Below the pieces are notes generated by a model. The model did no database searches, was not told where the DNA came from, and saw only the letters and a list, made by a program, of their open reading frames with translations. 64,000 nucleotides of DNA from Selaginella moellendorffii (lineage: Eukaryota; Plantae; Lycopodiophyta): NCBI RefSeq assembly GCF_000143415.4, contig NW_003314304.1, forward strand, positions 1,112,047 to 1,176,046, in the 5' to 3' direction. This document shows, piece by piece, positions 1-14,636 of this stretch. Position numbers and translations under genes: made by a program. Position 1 is the stretch's first letter; each line of letters opens with the position of its first letter.

Positions 1-539
1 GTTTGTTGATAATGATGTTATCCTTGTAAGCAAGATGTCCATGATTTGATGAAAAAAGTGACTATTCAAGGTTAAATGTAACAATGGCTAAAATTTTGGC
101 TTTGTTGATAACGATCCCATCCTTCCAAATAAGGTGTCTAAATAAGACTTTTGATTTAATGAAGAAAAAATGCATTTTTCAAGATTGAGTGTGATGATGG
201 CTAAAGTTTTTGTTTTGCTGATGAGGATGCCAAATGAAATATCAAATTTCTTTTTGTACCCAATAACAATGGTCTATATAAAAACCTTGACCTCAAATTT
301 TGCTCATTAAATATTTATAGTATATAATTTTTATTTAAAGTTGGACTTCTAATTTGACGAAGAAAGTGCATTTTTCAAAATTGAGTGTGACATTATTTTG
401 TATGCACTTAAAGAAACATTTCTCTAAGTGTTAGTGTTTAGGCCAAAAAAGCTAAAATCAGCTATGAAGATACATATAAAGTATAAAATATTATTTAAAA
501 GTGTTAGCTATGAAAAGTGAATGGAACTTTCATTAACTA

Positions 540-3500
540 GAAGGGCATGCAAAAATATGCATAGGACTGATGAATAAAGTTTTGTATTGGTCTTTAGGAG
601 TAATATGAATTTGATTATAGCCTAAAAATCTGTTGAAGAAAAAGTATATCTCTTGCCTAGCTACAACATCAAGTATTTTATCAAAGAAAGAGATTGTGGA
701 TACATCTTTCTTTGTGGCACTATTGAGTTTCTTATACCTATTTCAATTTTAAAGATTTTCATTTTTCTTTGGGACAATGACTAATAGAGTGAGCCATTGT
801 ACTGTATATCAAATAAATGAAGCCCACATTTTAAAATTTGGGAATTTCTTGTTTAACTGGAGCTACAAAGTTTGGATTCATGTGATATATTTTTGGGTAC
901 TACTTAAAAAAAAGCTTGATGCGATGCATATAATATTCTAGTGGTACTCTATGTAAATCCTAGTATGACCATGTAAAGATATTTTTGTATTAGCTAAATA
1001 GCTCAATTACTTTTTTTCTGAATGTTTATCGAGGTCTTTAGCTATGATGAGCTTTTGTGGATTATCATAGGTGCCTAAGTTAATTTCTTCAGTCAATTTA
1101 TCAAGAGTAATGGACCGAATTAATCAATTTGTTTGGTGAATGTTAGTTTTTCATCAAGGTAGATATATTGTTTGGTTGGTTGTAGTTGTTCTAGTTTGAT
1201 AGCTGGACAATCATGTTGCTTTTGTATTTTTGCAAAGTGTGTTTTTTATTAGAGATGGTTCATTTGTGTTTTTCTTAAGTTCTTTTTCTTAAATGGTATT
1301 TTCAAGTTTACAGTCTTGATTTAATTTTAAATATTGAGTCTTGATTGGTATTTCTAACTTTACAATCTTGACTTCTATAGTTAGATTTAGGATCAAGTGG
1401 GGATATTAATCTTTATTGAGTGGTTTGAGCTCTAGCAAAGTTTTAAGAAGTTGAGTTTTTCATAATTTTTAGTCCTTTACACCAATTTTAATGCTCTCTT
1501 TTTGTAGAATGGTAATATGTTTCACTAGTAATGTTGAGATTTGTGTTCATCTTTTATATTATTTAAAAGAATTTTTTTTTAAATGGTATTAAATAAATGT
1601 AGTAACTTTAAGCTATGTTAGCTTAACAGATCTTATATGTAGTTCGTCTTTGTCATTTAAGGACAACAAATTATCTGTATCATACTCTCACTTGATAGAN
1701 NNNNNNNNNNNNNNNNNNNNNNNNNNNNNNNNNNNNNNNNNNNNNNNNNNNNNNNNNNNNNNNNNNNNNNNNNNNNNNNNNNNNNNNNNNNNNNNNNNNG
1801 TACTAGTTGTATTAATCATAATCCTATTGCTTTTCAGAGTGAGTATTCAATGATATTGACACCTCACTATTTTGGTCATTAGAACTATTTTGAATTTTGT
1901 TCTTACTATCTCAATTAGGACACATAGTCACTATCATAGTCTTTAACCTCTATTATAGAGGTTGGATGTTAAGTTGATAGAGTGGGTGTCATTTCGTTCT
2001 TATGTTAGAGTTGAAAACGATTAATAAATCTTGAGTAATTATTTACATAAGTATGGAGCTATTTGGAATAGTTGCTGAAGAAAAATGGTAACACCTTATT
2101 AGGGGATCTGGTTTAAGGTAATTTCATGCAGGCCTTTTTTGAAATCTTAAAGTTGTGTTTGTGGTGGTAAAATCTGATTAATATCAACTTCTGGCTTTTG
2201 TTATAAATTTTATCAGATTTATGAGACAAGATCATTCATTGATATTTTTTTTATTTATTTTATTTTTTGCTATTATCTTCACCATCTATAAATTGATATT
2301 TACTTTGTTCTTTTATGATTACGCACACTACAAGTTTGTTTTCTATGGGTTCTTATTCCTTAATATCTTACTATAAGAGGTTGTCTATGGTTAGATTGGT
2401 TGTTTTTTGGAGGTCTACTATCTTGGTTTAGTGGTTATTAATATTATTATTTTCAGTTCTATGAAGTTGATAGTTATGTCATTAATAAGTTTGAGATTGA
2501 GGGTTTTATTATAAGACTGTAATTGTTTTGTTGCAAAGGTGGTCTTTATAATGATTATTTTATAATTTTATTAATATAATAATTGATATAATAGTTGTTA
2601 ATAAGGTTGTTGATATAGTGGTTGATAAGGTTGTGGTTGTTTGGATAGCCATAATTATAGTTCTCATGATATCTTGGATAAGGATTGTATTGTTAATTTT
2701 GCTATCACTTTGTTGGTTTTGTTATGGTTGATCATATTGCCATCTATTTTCTTGAGTCCAATTAGATGTGTTATCAAATTGAGCAACCATATTTAGCCTT
2801 TAGGAACTTGCAAATTACATTTTGTAGCAATGTGACCTTTGTTCTAGCATTTCATACACCATAATCCATCCCTTGATTCAATCTGAATTATTATTTTCTT
2901 GAATATTTTTAAGAGGTTTAGATCTTTATTTGTATTTTGTCTTTGGACATTTGGTTATCTTCTTTTTCATTTGAAGAATCATTTTGTTTTTGGATTTAGA
3001 CTTTAAATATTTCCAAAGTTTTTCCTCCAAGTGCAATAGAAATTTAAAAGCTGAAGAAAAAGAAGAAGAATTTTTTTAAAAAATGCTATCTTAAAATAAG
3101 TTTATATATCATAAAAAACAATATACTAAATTTTTTTTCATAGAAAATATATGTTAAAAATTTACCATAACTTTCAATAAGCTTATTAACTATGTAATGA
3201 GGCTGGGGGCAATCTTATAATCAAAGGTTATTAGACACTCCTATTTGGGCTTTTAATATTTATTATCAGTATCTAATTGAAAATGTAAATAGCAAAGTTT
3301 ACCTTTATTTATAATATTGATTACCCAAGTTATTTTTTATATTGCACATTAACCTTTAACTTTTGAACTATTTAATAAATAATGTATTTTGACTTCTTAT
3401 CTTAACTTGGTTTATAAGTTCATGGAGATTTTTATGCTTCTTTGTATGAATTACCTTGTACAGGTTCTAAATATGCTTCTAAGCTTTTCCATCCATTTTT

Positions 3501-3660
3501 AACAACTTCATTTAATAAGGCTGAATAAATACTGGATTTAATTATTAAAAAAATGTTTCAAATACTGCTTTTGTAAATGGTACATTTGCCAATTCCACAT
3601 TTGTCCAAAAATTTAATTTTCTATATTTTCTTGATTTCTAGACATATATTTGGTCTTGCC
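540..3660 (-). mobile_element. Heavily decayed non-chromovirus (Tat/Athila-like) Ty3/gypsy relic with gag and RT remnants
   Basis: Minus-strand translation gives an RT N-terminus (YKNIFTWSY*DL..HRI, ~930-1010) and RT core (YHMNPNF..VKQEI..VGFIY; LVIVPKKN; KKLNSATKKD; DKILDVVA; GYNQIHITPKDQYKT, ~560-890). A gag zinc knuckle WCMKC*NKGHIATKC lies at ~2815-2870. Many stops, very AT-rich, CpG almost absent. Boundaries approximate. Confidence 0.75.
1700..1799. other. Assembly gap (100 N)
   Basis: Run of N. Confidence 1.
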
Positions 3661-4213
3661 TTCATCATTTTTTACATGATGAAAATTCTTTTTCTCCCTC
3701 AAGAATTCTAAAGTTTTCATGAATACTATGGTAATGAATTCAACTTTGATATCCAGAATTTAGAAAGTGTGCACTTTGAGCATTAGTAGAGGAAAAACAT
3801 CATAAACAGAACAAATGGAGAAAATCTAACACCCATATAAGAAAGCTGGTAACATTTTTCCTAGAGGAGGAAAAGTATTATAAAGTTTCTTCAATTTTTC
3901 ACTAAGCCAATGGCTTATAAAGTCATCTGTCTTGATGATTTTTCGTGAGCTTGATATCAACTTTTATATCGTGCCCTTTAAAGCACAAAGAGTCGCGTTT
4001 GCTTTTGTTTTGCATTGATCACGAACTCGTGAATGTACGCCAAAAAAAAAAAAAAGATTTGCCAGAATTGTGTTTCGCAACTAGAAAAGGCATGAAAAAA
4101 GAAAAGGCAACTGGAGAAAAAGTTTCGACCAGCAAAACACTCACCCGAGTAGCTGCTTCTCGCTGAAAGAAAATATCACAAAACTGTTTGGAAATTTGGC
4201 CGGCAAAGGAACA

Positions 4214-6994
4214 TCAAACTATTCTTTCAAGGCACTCCGCTCTCAACGAGGTGTCCGTGAATATCGCCTTGATCAAGCTCTGGACCTGACCGAAAGACCA
4301 AATATCTCTTTAAGAGAACTCCATACTACACCCACCTCGGCTGGCGAGAATCCTGCCGACGGGAGAATTCCACTCTCCCATGCTTTCGTGATGGGCCTCA
4401 AGGACATCTCCAATAACTCTGGAACAAGTTTCCCCATGTCAGCCAAGACGAGAAAAACTGGCGTTACCAGATAAGCGTTTTAGTTTTCTCCACGACGGTA
4501 CAAGGATGTCGAGTGATTTCCTACTATGTTTCTCGACAGAAGCCAGCACCGAGCCCAAGTCCAGTATCAGCTCGTCCAGTAAGTTGTGCAACTGGATCAA
4601 GTGATTGTAAAACTGATTACACCACCCAGACTTTGTTTACCTGAACAGTTTCTTCGGCAGCCATGTCTTTGATAGACAGAACTTCAAAAACAATTCTGCT
4701 GACAAGTGAATCAGCCAGCATTGTCAACTGCTTCACTTGAAAACTGCTGGGTAGAAATTCTTGCCAGACGTTGTGCGTAGATCTAAAGATTGATACAACC
4801 TGCTAAAGGAAGTTCCAGCAAAGTTTATCTTTGACAGAAACGGTACCTGTTGCAGTGCAGACTGCGCCCTTTCACGGCCTCTTCTCTCATCCGTCGATTT
4901 GAATCCATTAGCACTGTCTAGAGCCTACAAGCAAGACATTTCTGTAAAGCTGAATAGCATTTTTTTTTTCTTTTACAAACCTGCAGGAGCTGATTGTTTA
5001 TCAGCTTAACATGTGTTGAAAGCATATTGTATCCCATGGATTGAAACACCGAAACGAGGTCCATCAAAGTGCATGACTGTTGCAGATCGACAGGCAGTGA
5101 CGAGCTATACTGCAGATCACAGAGCGTAAGAAACTGGATACTCTTGAGGTCCACAAACCTGCTGGGAGTAAGTCGTCAACTCATTTGCAATGTAGAGGCA
5201 GTCATTGTAAAATACTGGTGCTGCTTTCACTGAGGATTTGTCAGACACCAAGACCTGAGAAGGAACAATTGCTCGGTAGAGCAGCACAATGTCTCGGGCG
5301 ACTTTATAAAGCTCCAAAGCTAGTCTTGGTGTCGATGAGCAAGCATCCTACAACAAAGCACTGTTTTAAGAAGAGAATGTAAAAGTATACCTTCAATGTA
5401 TCCTGTACAATGGGTAAAAGCTGTTTTGGAAGGTAGGATACAACATACTTGTCTTCCCTAAAAATAAGTCGGTCTTTCTCCTCCCTCTCTGCTGCCATAT
5501 CCTGGACGGACATTAGCCATACGAAAGTAGTGAATGAACTTACCAGAAGCAACCGATAATCAAAACGCATGATAATGTCTCGAGCTTTAGCCAGCAAATC
5601 TTTTCTTTTGTTCGCAGAAAAATGAATCTCGACATCGGCTGTGAAGTTGCTAAGTAGTCCACCTTCGTCGTCCACACTGACAAAGTTTTCGGCTTCGAGA
5701 GCTTCTTCGAATTCTGACGTAAGGATTTGAATCTGTTCAAAATGTTGGAACTGTGTATGATCGGCAGGAATTGCCTGCAACACAATCCAAAAGGTCAGTC
5801 TCCACCAGGACCACCAAAAATACTGTAACCTTGCGTAAGTGATTCTGGATTATCATATCGGCAAGCCTTGGCCAAATCGACCTGCCCAGCTTTAGCATCC
5901 ATACTTTCTGGCGGTGTAAAAGATGCTCGTTGATAAACTTTACAAAGTCCAGTACTTCTTTATAAACGCCTTCTATAGATGATTGATTTACCTGGTTTCA
6001 ATGGAATTCACAAAAATCACAGACTAACACATCATCACAAACACAAAAAGGAGAAACTTACTCTTGCATTCTCGTCTCTAGTGATCCTTAGTACTGCACG
6101 GTCACTGTCTTGCTCCACTCTCACGACAGTAGCAGAGTGGACTAAGAGAGCCAACAGCTTACACAAATTATCTGTGAAACGACCAAGGAAGCCATCGAGG
6201 AGTCCAAGTACCTGTCAAGAGAAACTCAGTGAAAACGCAAACCTGGATTTCAAGATAGCTACCTCCATTGTCTCCAGTATTGCCACAAAGTTATGTCGAG
6301 ATCCCGCAACTGTCACAAAGTTCACAGCCAATATTCCTTCAGTAAAATTCACGGAGACAACTTTGGAACATAAGCCTGCAAGTAGAAAATCCACCTGGGA
6401 AAAAAGAAAAGAAGAATGAAAAAATAAACCTGAAAGGAGACATACCTCGGAATAAATCCCTGATAACAGCTGCTTGAGAAGTTCATGCATCAAAAGCGTA
6501 TCTTCGTCATCATCGTCGACGATTCCCTTCACTTCGGCGATTTTCCTCGCACCGCTTAGAATTTGGCCTCCATCGAAGAGCTCTTTCCCAGCTAGCAAGC
6601 GATCACGGACCTCGACGGTGGATTTCACCACGGCCAAAGCCGATGTTTTCACCCTCAGCTCACTCCTGATCCCCTTTACCTCCGCCGAGAGCTTCCACAG
6701 CTTGGAATCGAAAGAAGTATCCCCGATCCGGAGCGATGAATCGTCCAGGAGAGCCCGGAGCTGGGAATCCACGGTCTCTACATCCAATGCGGCAGTGCTA
6801 GCGCGGCGAGCGAGCTCCGTAATCTTGCTGTAGCGGCTCTTCACGGTGGCGAAGACGCGATCCTTCATCTCCTCCGCGCGTACCTGCATCCTCTCTGACA
6901 GGAGCTGGAGATCGGGCGTGGTGAGCGGCATTGTCTTGCCTCCTCCATGGGCGTAGTCGATGCCGCATAGCAGAGGCGCCAGGAGCTCCTCCAT
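4214..6994 (-). CDS. ZW10: Centromere/kinetochore protein ZW10 homolog (multi-exon)
   Basis: The N-terminus PLTTPDLQLLSERM, internal AIPADHTQFQHF...FEEAL, LLYRAIVP and FYNDCLYIA, and the C-terminus EMSLRPITKAWESG...EVQSLIKAIFTDTSLRAECLERIV* resemble plant ZW10. Short GT-AG introns. Confidence 0.88.
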
Positions 6995-8970
6995 TTCTTC
7001 CCCAAGAACCCTAAATTTTAAAGTATATCATTTCTAGGGCTCTAGAATTTAGGTTTAGATTGACTTCCGTTGACAATAACCCGGTTTTTAACCATTTGCG
7101 AGTCGTGGAATTTTCGAGAAAATAGGGCTCAGCGTGTTGACTTTTGGGAGACATTGCCGGGACAGGTAATCGAGCCCGTGACGAGTGGTTTCGTCTCTAG
7201 TCAACCATGTCCAGCCATTGGAATGAAAAGATGGTCACTCTTTCTCTCATTGACGGTTCCGTGCACACAAGGGCGCTGCACAATTTGACAAAGCCAATGG
7301 ACAGTTTTGCGCTCTCAAGCTTTTGTTTTGGGATCGATTCATCACAGGAGCTTGCTTGTCTTTGAATGTCTGTATGTGTCGCGTGGAGATTCTCGTTGGA
7401 TTCGAACGTGCTAAGTTCTGATACGATTAAACTACGTGATCTTCCGGTTTTGTTTGATTGTCAAGGGAATGGGGCATCTTTCGTTGTCAATGATAGGGCT
7501 TTAGGGAGTTGTTTAACCAACCAAAGAGCCTTGCAAGCCAGGGAGATTCCGGGAAGATTCCAGGGGAAGATTTTAGCTGGTCCAGGGCTGGAAGCTGCCC
7601 GAACGCAGCCGCACCCGTCCGTGAATCCACCCACAACTGCGAAAAGGAAAGGCTGGCATTGAAATCGAAAGCAAAGTTGGCTCTATAGATTCGCCCCGAG
7701 ATTCCAACGCCCTCTAGTACGCCGCCTTGGTCGATCTCTCGCATTTTGATATTTTGATAGTCCCACTTTTCAAGCTCACTGGGGAGCATGTTATCATCAA
7801 TCATAATCGTCCCAAGTAGAAAAAAGAAAAGAAAACGCAAAAAATCAAAAGCATATAAAATATACACGTATGCAGCCCAGAGTTGACGAGAAGGGCAATC
7901 GAATCTCGTTTGGAGGGGTAGAGAATATCCGTCACCGCAAATTCAAAGGTTCCAGAAAACGATAGGGATGGAAAAGTCGACGGCCGTTGGATCAAATCTT
8001 TTCCCACCTCTATTTCCTTTACCGCGCCGCGGCATTTGCTACAACCTTTAAAAACCCTTTGTTTACTATCTGATTCCACAGACCATGCCGCCAACTTATG
8101 TCCCCCCACAAAAGACACAACCTTTGGCTTGTGCCTAATACTAATCCATTAACCTAATAGTTTCACAATGCATGCGTCAACCACCTTTAGCAAATCCCAA
8201 TATGCGGCAAATAGTGTCAAGAGGTCATCCCCTGTTGTATAAAGTAAAGCGGTCTCTCCGGGTTTTAAGTCGTCGTATCCAAGGTTCCATCTGCGAAAAA
8301 TAATTCGCGGTCCACTCTATAGAGCCTGCCACGAAAGGAAAAAGAAAAATCTCCCCCCAAAATTAAAACTTGCTCCCGGTTTCCTTCCATTGGGCCACTT
8401 GGGCCTCCACAGTCGTCGTGTTCCTGTAGCCCAGGTATAAAAACCCCGGCTAGCCCCGCCCCAAGCGGTCCAGTCCTCTTTTTCGACGCCTCGCGCGAGA
8501 ACTTACGTGCTCCAACCGGCGCAGCTCTGGTGAATTATAGAACCACAGGCAAATATTTCTTGGCTCCTTGTTTAGGCTAACAAAGCTCACCCCTTTGATC
8601 GATTTGGATCGATGCTTTTTTTTCTTGCGCCGCGATAGCAACGTCTTCCACTCGCCAGTCGCCTCTCGAGCCATTTTTCTCGTCTTTACTTGCTCATTGC
8701 TCGATCGATTCCATATTTATACTTATATTGATAGGTTCCCCCAAAAAACATTTCTACCTAGGCTATAGTTCTTTCTTTCTTTCTCTCCCGGTGGAGAGCT
8801 CCAAGGTTTTTCTTGATCGATTTTCTTGTGTGTGTCTTTTCATATTCTTCGTGGCGATGGTCTTGCTGTGATTCTAATTCCGCGTCGCGCGATTTGCAGC
8901 TGGATGAGTGACGGATCGGCGTAGGGAATCCCTGCCGCGAGGGGGCTTTTCGCCGATCGGGAGAGACACC

Positions 8971-11900
8971 ATGGCGGCCGATGGCAAGGGGCTTGTTCTT
9001 GACGAGAACGTCGATCTGGTGAGCGGCGCTGTTCTTGGCTCGAAATTTCAAGCGCTAACGCTCAATCGGTGGGATTCCAGGAGCGAATTCCAGTGGAGGA
9101 GGTGTTCCAGCAGCTCAAATGTACCGAGGTTGGTCTCACCAGCACCGAGGGAGAGAATCGGCTCAAGATCTTCGGCTACAACAAGCTCGAGGAGAAAAAG
9201 GTGCGATCGATGGATCGATCTTTGCCTGCATGGTGCTCATTTCCATTGCCTTGCTACTCCAGGAGAGCAAATTCCTCAAGTTCTTGGGATTTATGTGGAA
9301 TCCTCTCTCTTGGGTCATGGAGGCGGCTGCTATCATGGCGATTGTTCTTGCGAATGGAGACGTAAGGGACTTCAACTTTTTATTCTCGGCTCTCTTGGTT
9401 GACTCCTCGCTCTTACTTGTTACTAATAGGGAGAGCCGCCGGACTGGGAAGACTTTGTGGGAATAGTCATCCTCCTCGTGATAAATTCCACCATCTCTTT
9501 CATCGAGGAGAACAATGCGGGGAACGCCGCGGCCGCTCTAATGGCGCGGCTAGCTCCAAAAACCAAGGTATCTTTGTTCGCTGCCTTGTAACGTTCTCGA
9601 GTTTCAGTCAGGAGCTGAAAGAACGTTGGTGTTTTCCTATAGGTGTTGAGGGACGGCAAGTGGCAGGAGCAAGACGCTCAGATCTTAGTTCCCGGTGATA
9701 TCATCAGCATCAAGCTCGGTGATATCATCCCAGCTGACGCGAGGCTGCTCCATGGTGATCCGCTGAAGATTGACCAGGTCTGATCATATCTTATCGCTGA
9801 TATGGCAAGTTTTTCCTGTCGCTCAAGAACGATTCTAACACTCGATATTATTCAGTCGGCACTGACTGGAGAATCGCTCCCAGTGACCAAGAATCCAGGT
9901 GATGAGGTCTTCTCTGGATCGACGTGCAAGCAAGGAGAGATTGAGGCGGTTGTGATTGCCACGGGAGTCCATACCTTCTTCGGGAAGGCCGCGCATTTAG
10001 TTGACACCACTAACCAAGTTGGCCACTTTCAAAAGGTAAAAAAGTCTTTTCTGCGTCTCTGCACGGGAAGTTGGATCTTACTCCTTGTGGCTGCTGCTTG
10101 AAGGTGCTCACTGCGATTGGAAACTTTTGCATCTGCTCCATTGCCATTGGAATGGTGATCGAGATCATCGTCATGTATCCAATCCAGAGGAGGAAGTATC
10201 GCGATGGCATCAACAATTTGCTTGTGTTGCTCATTGGTGGGATTCCAATTGCAATGCCGACGGTTTTGTCTGTTACCATGGCTATTGGTTCTCACCGCCT
10301 GTCGACACAGGTTCGTTAAAAGAAGTTTGAGTTTTCATTCTTTGTATTTGACGTTCCTAAACAATTCTATGGAAATACAGGGAGCTATTACAAAGCGCAT
10401 GACTGCTATCGAAGAAATGGCTGGAATGGATGTCCTGTGCAGTGATAAGACGGGTACATTGACACTGAACAAACTCACAGTCGACAAAAACCTTATCGAG
10501 GCGAGTGACTTGACATCAGTTTTTTAAGTGCTCAGAGATTCTCATAGTGCGCATTATTATATTTTCAGGTGTTTACGAAAGGAGTGGACAAGGAAATGGT
10601 AGTGTTGTTGGCTGCGAGAGCGTCTCGAACTGAGAACCAGGATGCAATAGACACGGCCATTGTTGGAATGCTTGCGGATCCTAAAGAGGTCTGTGGCTCC
10701 CGCTGTTTAAAGTTTGAAGCAACTGGAATGAGTGTGACAGGCTCGGGCTAATGTCACGGAAGTGCACTTTCTGCCTTTCAATCCTGTGGACAAGAGGACA
10801 GCACTCACCTACATTGACTCCGATGGAAAATGGCACAGAGCAAGTAAAGGAGCTCCTGAGCAGGTTCGAACAACCTAGTATTCTCTTTTGCTTTCTGATT
10901 TGGCTAAAGCTATGTTTGCTTGTGAAGATTCTCGCCTTGGCTCACAATAAGTCCGAAATAGCAGACAAGGTTCACTCCATCATCGACAAGTTCGCTGAGC
11001 GAGGGCTTCGTTCTCTTGCCGTTGCCATACAGGTCTGGCACTCTTTTTTGTCCTAAGAGACTAGTTCCTTACAAAGTTTTGTATTCATAGGACGTACCCG
11101 AGAAGAACAAGGAAAGTCCGGGAGGACCATGGAGGTTTTGTGGACTGATGCCTCTCTTTGACCCTCCCCGTCACGACAGCGCTGAAACCATTCGCCGGGC
11201 TTTGAATCTTGGTGTAAACGTTAAAATGATCACAGGTGAGACTTCCCTGTCACTTGTGAGTGCCTAAAGTGAGCTTTCGTTTTCTCTAGGTGATCAATTG
11301 GCAATTGCGAAGGAAACTGGTCGCCGTCTTGGGATGGGGACAAACATGTATCCATCTTCTTCGCTGCTTGGAAACCACAAAGATGAGAATCTTGCTGCGC
11401 TTCCGGTTGAGGAGCTGATTGAAAAAGCTGATGGTTTTGCTGGAGTATTCCCAGGTAAACTTTTCGTTTGGCACTTGAGAAGACTCGTGCTTATGGTTTC
11501 CTTCTGTGTCTAGAACACAAGTATGAAATTGTGAAGAAGCTGCAAGAAAAGAAGCATATCTGCGGTATGACTGGCGATGGTGTGAACGACGCTCCTGCGT
11601 TAAAGAAGGCAGACATTGGTATTGCTGTAGCAGATGCTACTGACGCGGCAAGGAGTGCATCTGATATTGTTCTAACTGAGCCCGGCCTTAGTGTGATTAT
11701 CAGTGCTGTTCTTACCAGCCGTGCTATCTTCCAGCGTATGAAAAACTACACGGTAAGCAGCGTTGCAACGTCTTTACTTCTCTAAACTATAAGCTGTCTC
11801 CACAGATTTATGCCGTGTCGATCACAATCCGTATAGTGGTAAGTTACATTTTACATATATGATGCTGCTCAGGCGTCACTGACCACTGTTTATCTTTCTA

Positions 11901-13101
11901 GCTCGGCTTTATGCTACTTGCTCTCATATGGAAATTCGACTTTGCTCCATTCATGGTTCTTATCATTGCCATTCTGAATGATGGTGGGTGCATTATCTTT
12001 CTTTTATGTGTTTGATGAACAGGATGTCGCGTGTCCCTGCAGGTACCATCATGACAATCTCAAAAGATCGTGTCAAACCTTCTCCGCTGCCTGATAGTTG
12101 GAAGCTCCGGGAAATCTTCACAACCGGCATCGTTCTCGGGACCTACATGGGATTGATGACAGTGTTATTCTTCTGGATGATCTACAAGACCGACTTTTTC
12201 GAGGTAGAGTCTCTCGGTCTCTAAGCTGACATAAAGCGAGTGATTCCCGCAGAGCAAGTTCCACCTTAGAACCATCAAAGACAGCAACAGGGAATTGACT
12301 GCTGCGGTGTACCTGCAAGTCAGTATCGTGAGTCAGGCACTAATCTTTGTCACAAGGTCACGAAGCTTTTCATACTTTGAGCGTCCGGGATTCTTGTTGC
12401 TTTCGGCGTTTCTAGTCGCTCAGATGGTAATGAGCTCTCATCATCTCTTTTTTTCTTTTTCTTTTTCCTGCCGTCGTTTGGTCTTTAACTTTTTTTTCTT
12501 TCAGGTGGCAACGCTCCTTGCTGTGTATGCAAGGTGGAACTTTGCTGGTATCAAAGGAATTGGCTGGGGATGGGCTGGTGCTATCTGGCTTTACAGTCTC
12601 GTAACTTACATCCCTCTAGACTTCCTAAAGATCTTCGTGCGTTACGTGCTAAGCGGCAAAGCATGGCAGAACATGATCGAGAATAAGGTCCGTGATCTTT
12701 CTTTCTTCTTCTTGAAGTTTCCAGATTGCTCACTGGCTTTTCTTTTCACGAACAGACTGCTTTTACAACCCAAAAGGACTTTGGAAAGGAGGCCCGTGAA
12801 GCTCAATGGGCTCACGCTCAGCGAACACTCCACGGGCTCCATCCACCGGAAACAAAGATGACTCAAGACAGGGGCAGCTACAAGGAGCTGTCCGAGATCG
12901 CGGAGCAAGCCAAGAGGCGTGCCGAGATCGCCAGGTAAAAAGAAAAGTTTTTGGTTCATAGAAAGTTTTCATGTGTGATGATCGACGCTGGTGGATTGAT
13001 CCAGGTTGAGGGAGCTTCTTACGCTCAAGGGTCACGTCGAATCGGTGGTGAGGCTCAAGGGATTGGACATAGACACGATCCAGCAGCACTACACCGTGTA
13101 A
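8971..13101 (+). CDS. AHA: Plasma-membrane H+-ATPase (P3A), penultimate-Thr type, about 20 introns
   Basis: Motifs [56 protein letters not shown]. Regulatory C-terminus ends ...IQQHYTV*. Confidence 0.97.
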
Positions 13102-13356
13102 ACGAAGATTTTCGAGAACGTTGAAGAAATTTGCCAAGCTATCCGAGAGAACCAAAAATTTCCTGGCCAGTACAAGAAGGGAGGTCATAACTTTGATGAG
13201 ATTAAGAGTGGCATGACGCTTTTTGTTGTTCTTGATGATGCCGACTAACTATTTGAGTTTAGGAAAACCTTTAGTCCTAGGGCTGACGTCCATGAAAAAA
13301 ATTGGCATAGGGTTAGGGTTAGTTTTGCCCTTTATTGCTCCCTTCAGAATTTTGGC

Positions 13357-13641
13357 ATGATTTACTTTACCAATGGCAATCATATTACGGTCATTCGCAC
13401 CATGCCACTGCTCTACTGGGAGGTAGAAGACTGTGATATGGGCTTGATCGATTCGGTAATGTATGTCAAAAATAATGGCTTCAAAGTCGGCCTGCAATTC
13501 ACTTCCCCTCACGCCTCGAGCCACTGCTGCCACATCTACGATTCTGCAACAGGGGTGTGGTCTTCTCTCTCCAGGCTCTCTTTCTCGCCAGCTTATGTCA
13601 ACATGAAATTTATAAATCAAGCACTTTGGATCAAGGCTTGA
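13357..13641 (+). pseudogene. Possible fragment of an F-box-associated/kelch-type C-terminal domain
   Basis: FKV...IYDSATGVWS pattern typical of plant F-box proteins. No F-box motif seen. Confidence 0.3.
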
Positions 13642-14636
13642 TCTCTAGATTGAAGGATATGTGAGTCAGATCAATCCATGATGAACTCTTTCTCTTCTTT
13701 GTCCTTCTCTCTCTATTATCTTTGCGTTGTTTATGTAGGCTAGATCTTTGAAAACATATAGGATCAATGCAATGGATCAGACACCACTGCAATTGCTAGT
13801 GGTAGCATGAGTGCTAGTGCCTTCACCATTGGAGGTGCAGGCAGTGCCAACTATGCCTGTGCAAGAACTAGTGATAGCTTTATTAGACCTTCTATCATCC
13901 TAACCTAGCTTGCACCTCCCCATGGCTTGAGGTATTCTACTTATGTTTCAAGCACCATCTCCCACACTAACTTTTTGTTTTTACATGTTTTTCTTTTGAT
14001 CACAAACGTTGTTGCCCCTAGTAACTACAATTACTAGAGGCTTAATGCTCTTGTCCTCCAACCTCTCACCACAATGATAATGAAGTTTTTTGCCATTCCA
14101 AAACCATAGCTCTTACACTACTATAGGTGGTTTCAAGAACTGGCAATAAAAGTGATGGAGTTACATAAGGTAAAGATCAAACTTATATAATAGGGTGGAA
14201 TTTAAAGTATTGCCAGTTTTCAATCAGGCACATTACATGAGCTCTTTAATTCAGCTTTTCTAGGTCACTCATCTTTAATGTTACTTAAACCAAATGATAT
14301 TTAAATCTCTATATCCCAACCAATTGAAAAAAAGGGTACACTTATTTGTAGGTTCTTTTCTCTATATTTTAACCCTTATAGACCAACTTTTAAGTCTTTC
14401 TCCTTACACATTATAATACACCATCCAAGAATTTATTCAATAGCACCATTGAGCATTCCTATTGACAACATGATAATAATTGGGGCATTTGTTCAAAATC
14501 AAGGTCCATTTAAGTAGACATTCATCCCGAGATGATCAAGTTCACATGGCCTTTTTTACCACAAAATATAAGTTAAAATTTAACTTTTGAAAAGTCATTT
14601 TTTGAGAAAATAATTATATTTATAATTTTATTTAGA

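Noticed and set aside
7487-8118. Minus-strand ORFs between ZW10 and AHA (GVGISGRIYRA looks like a kinase Gly loop)
   Set aside because: No other kinase motifs and no coherent exon chain; treated as intergenic or unassignable.
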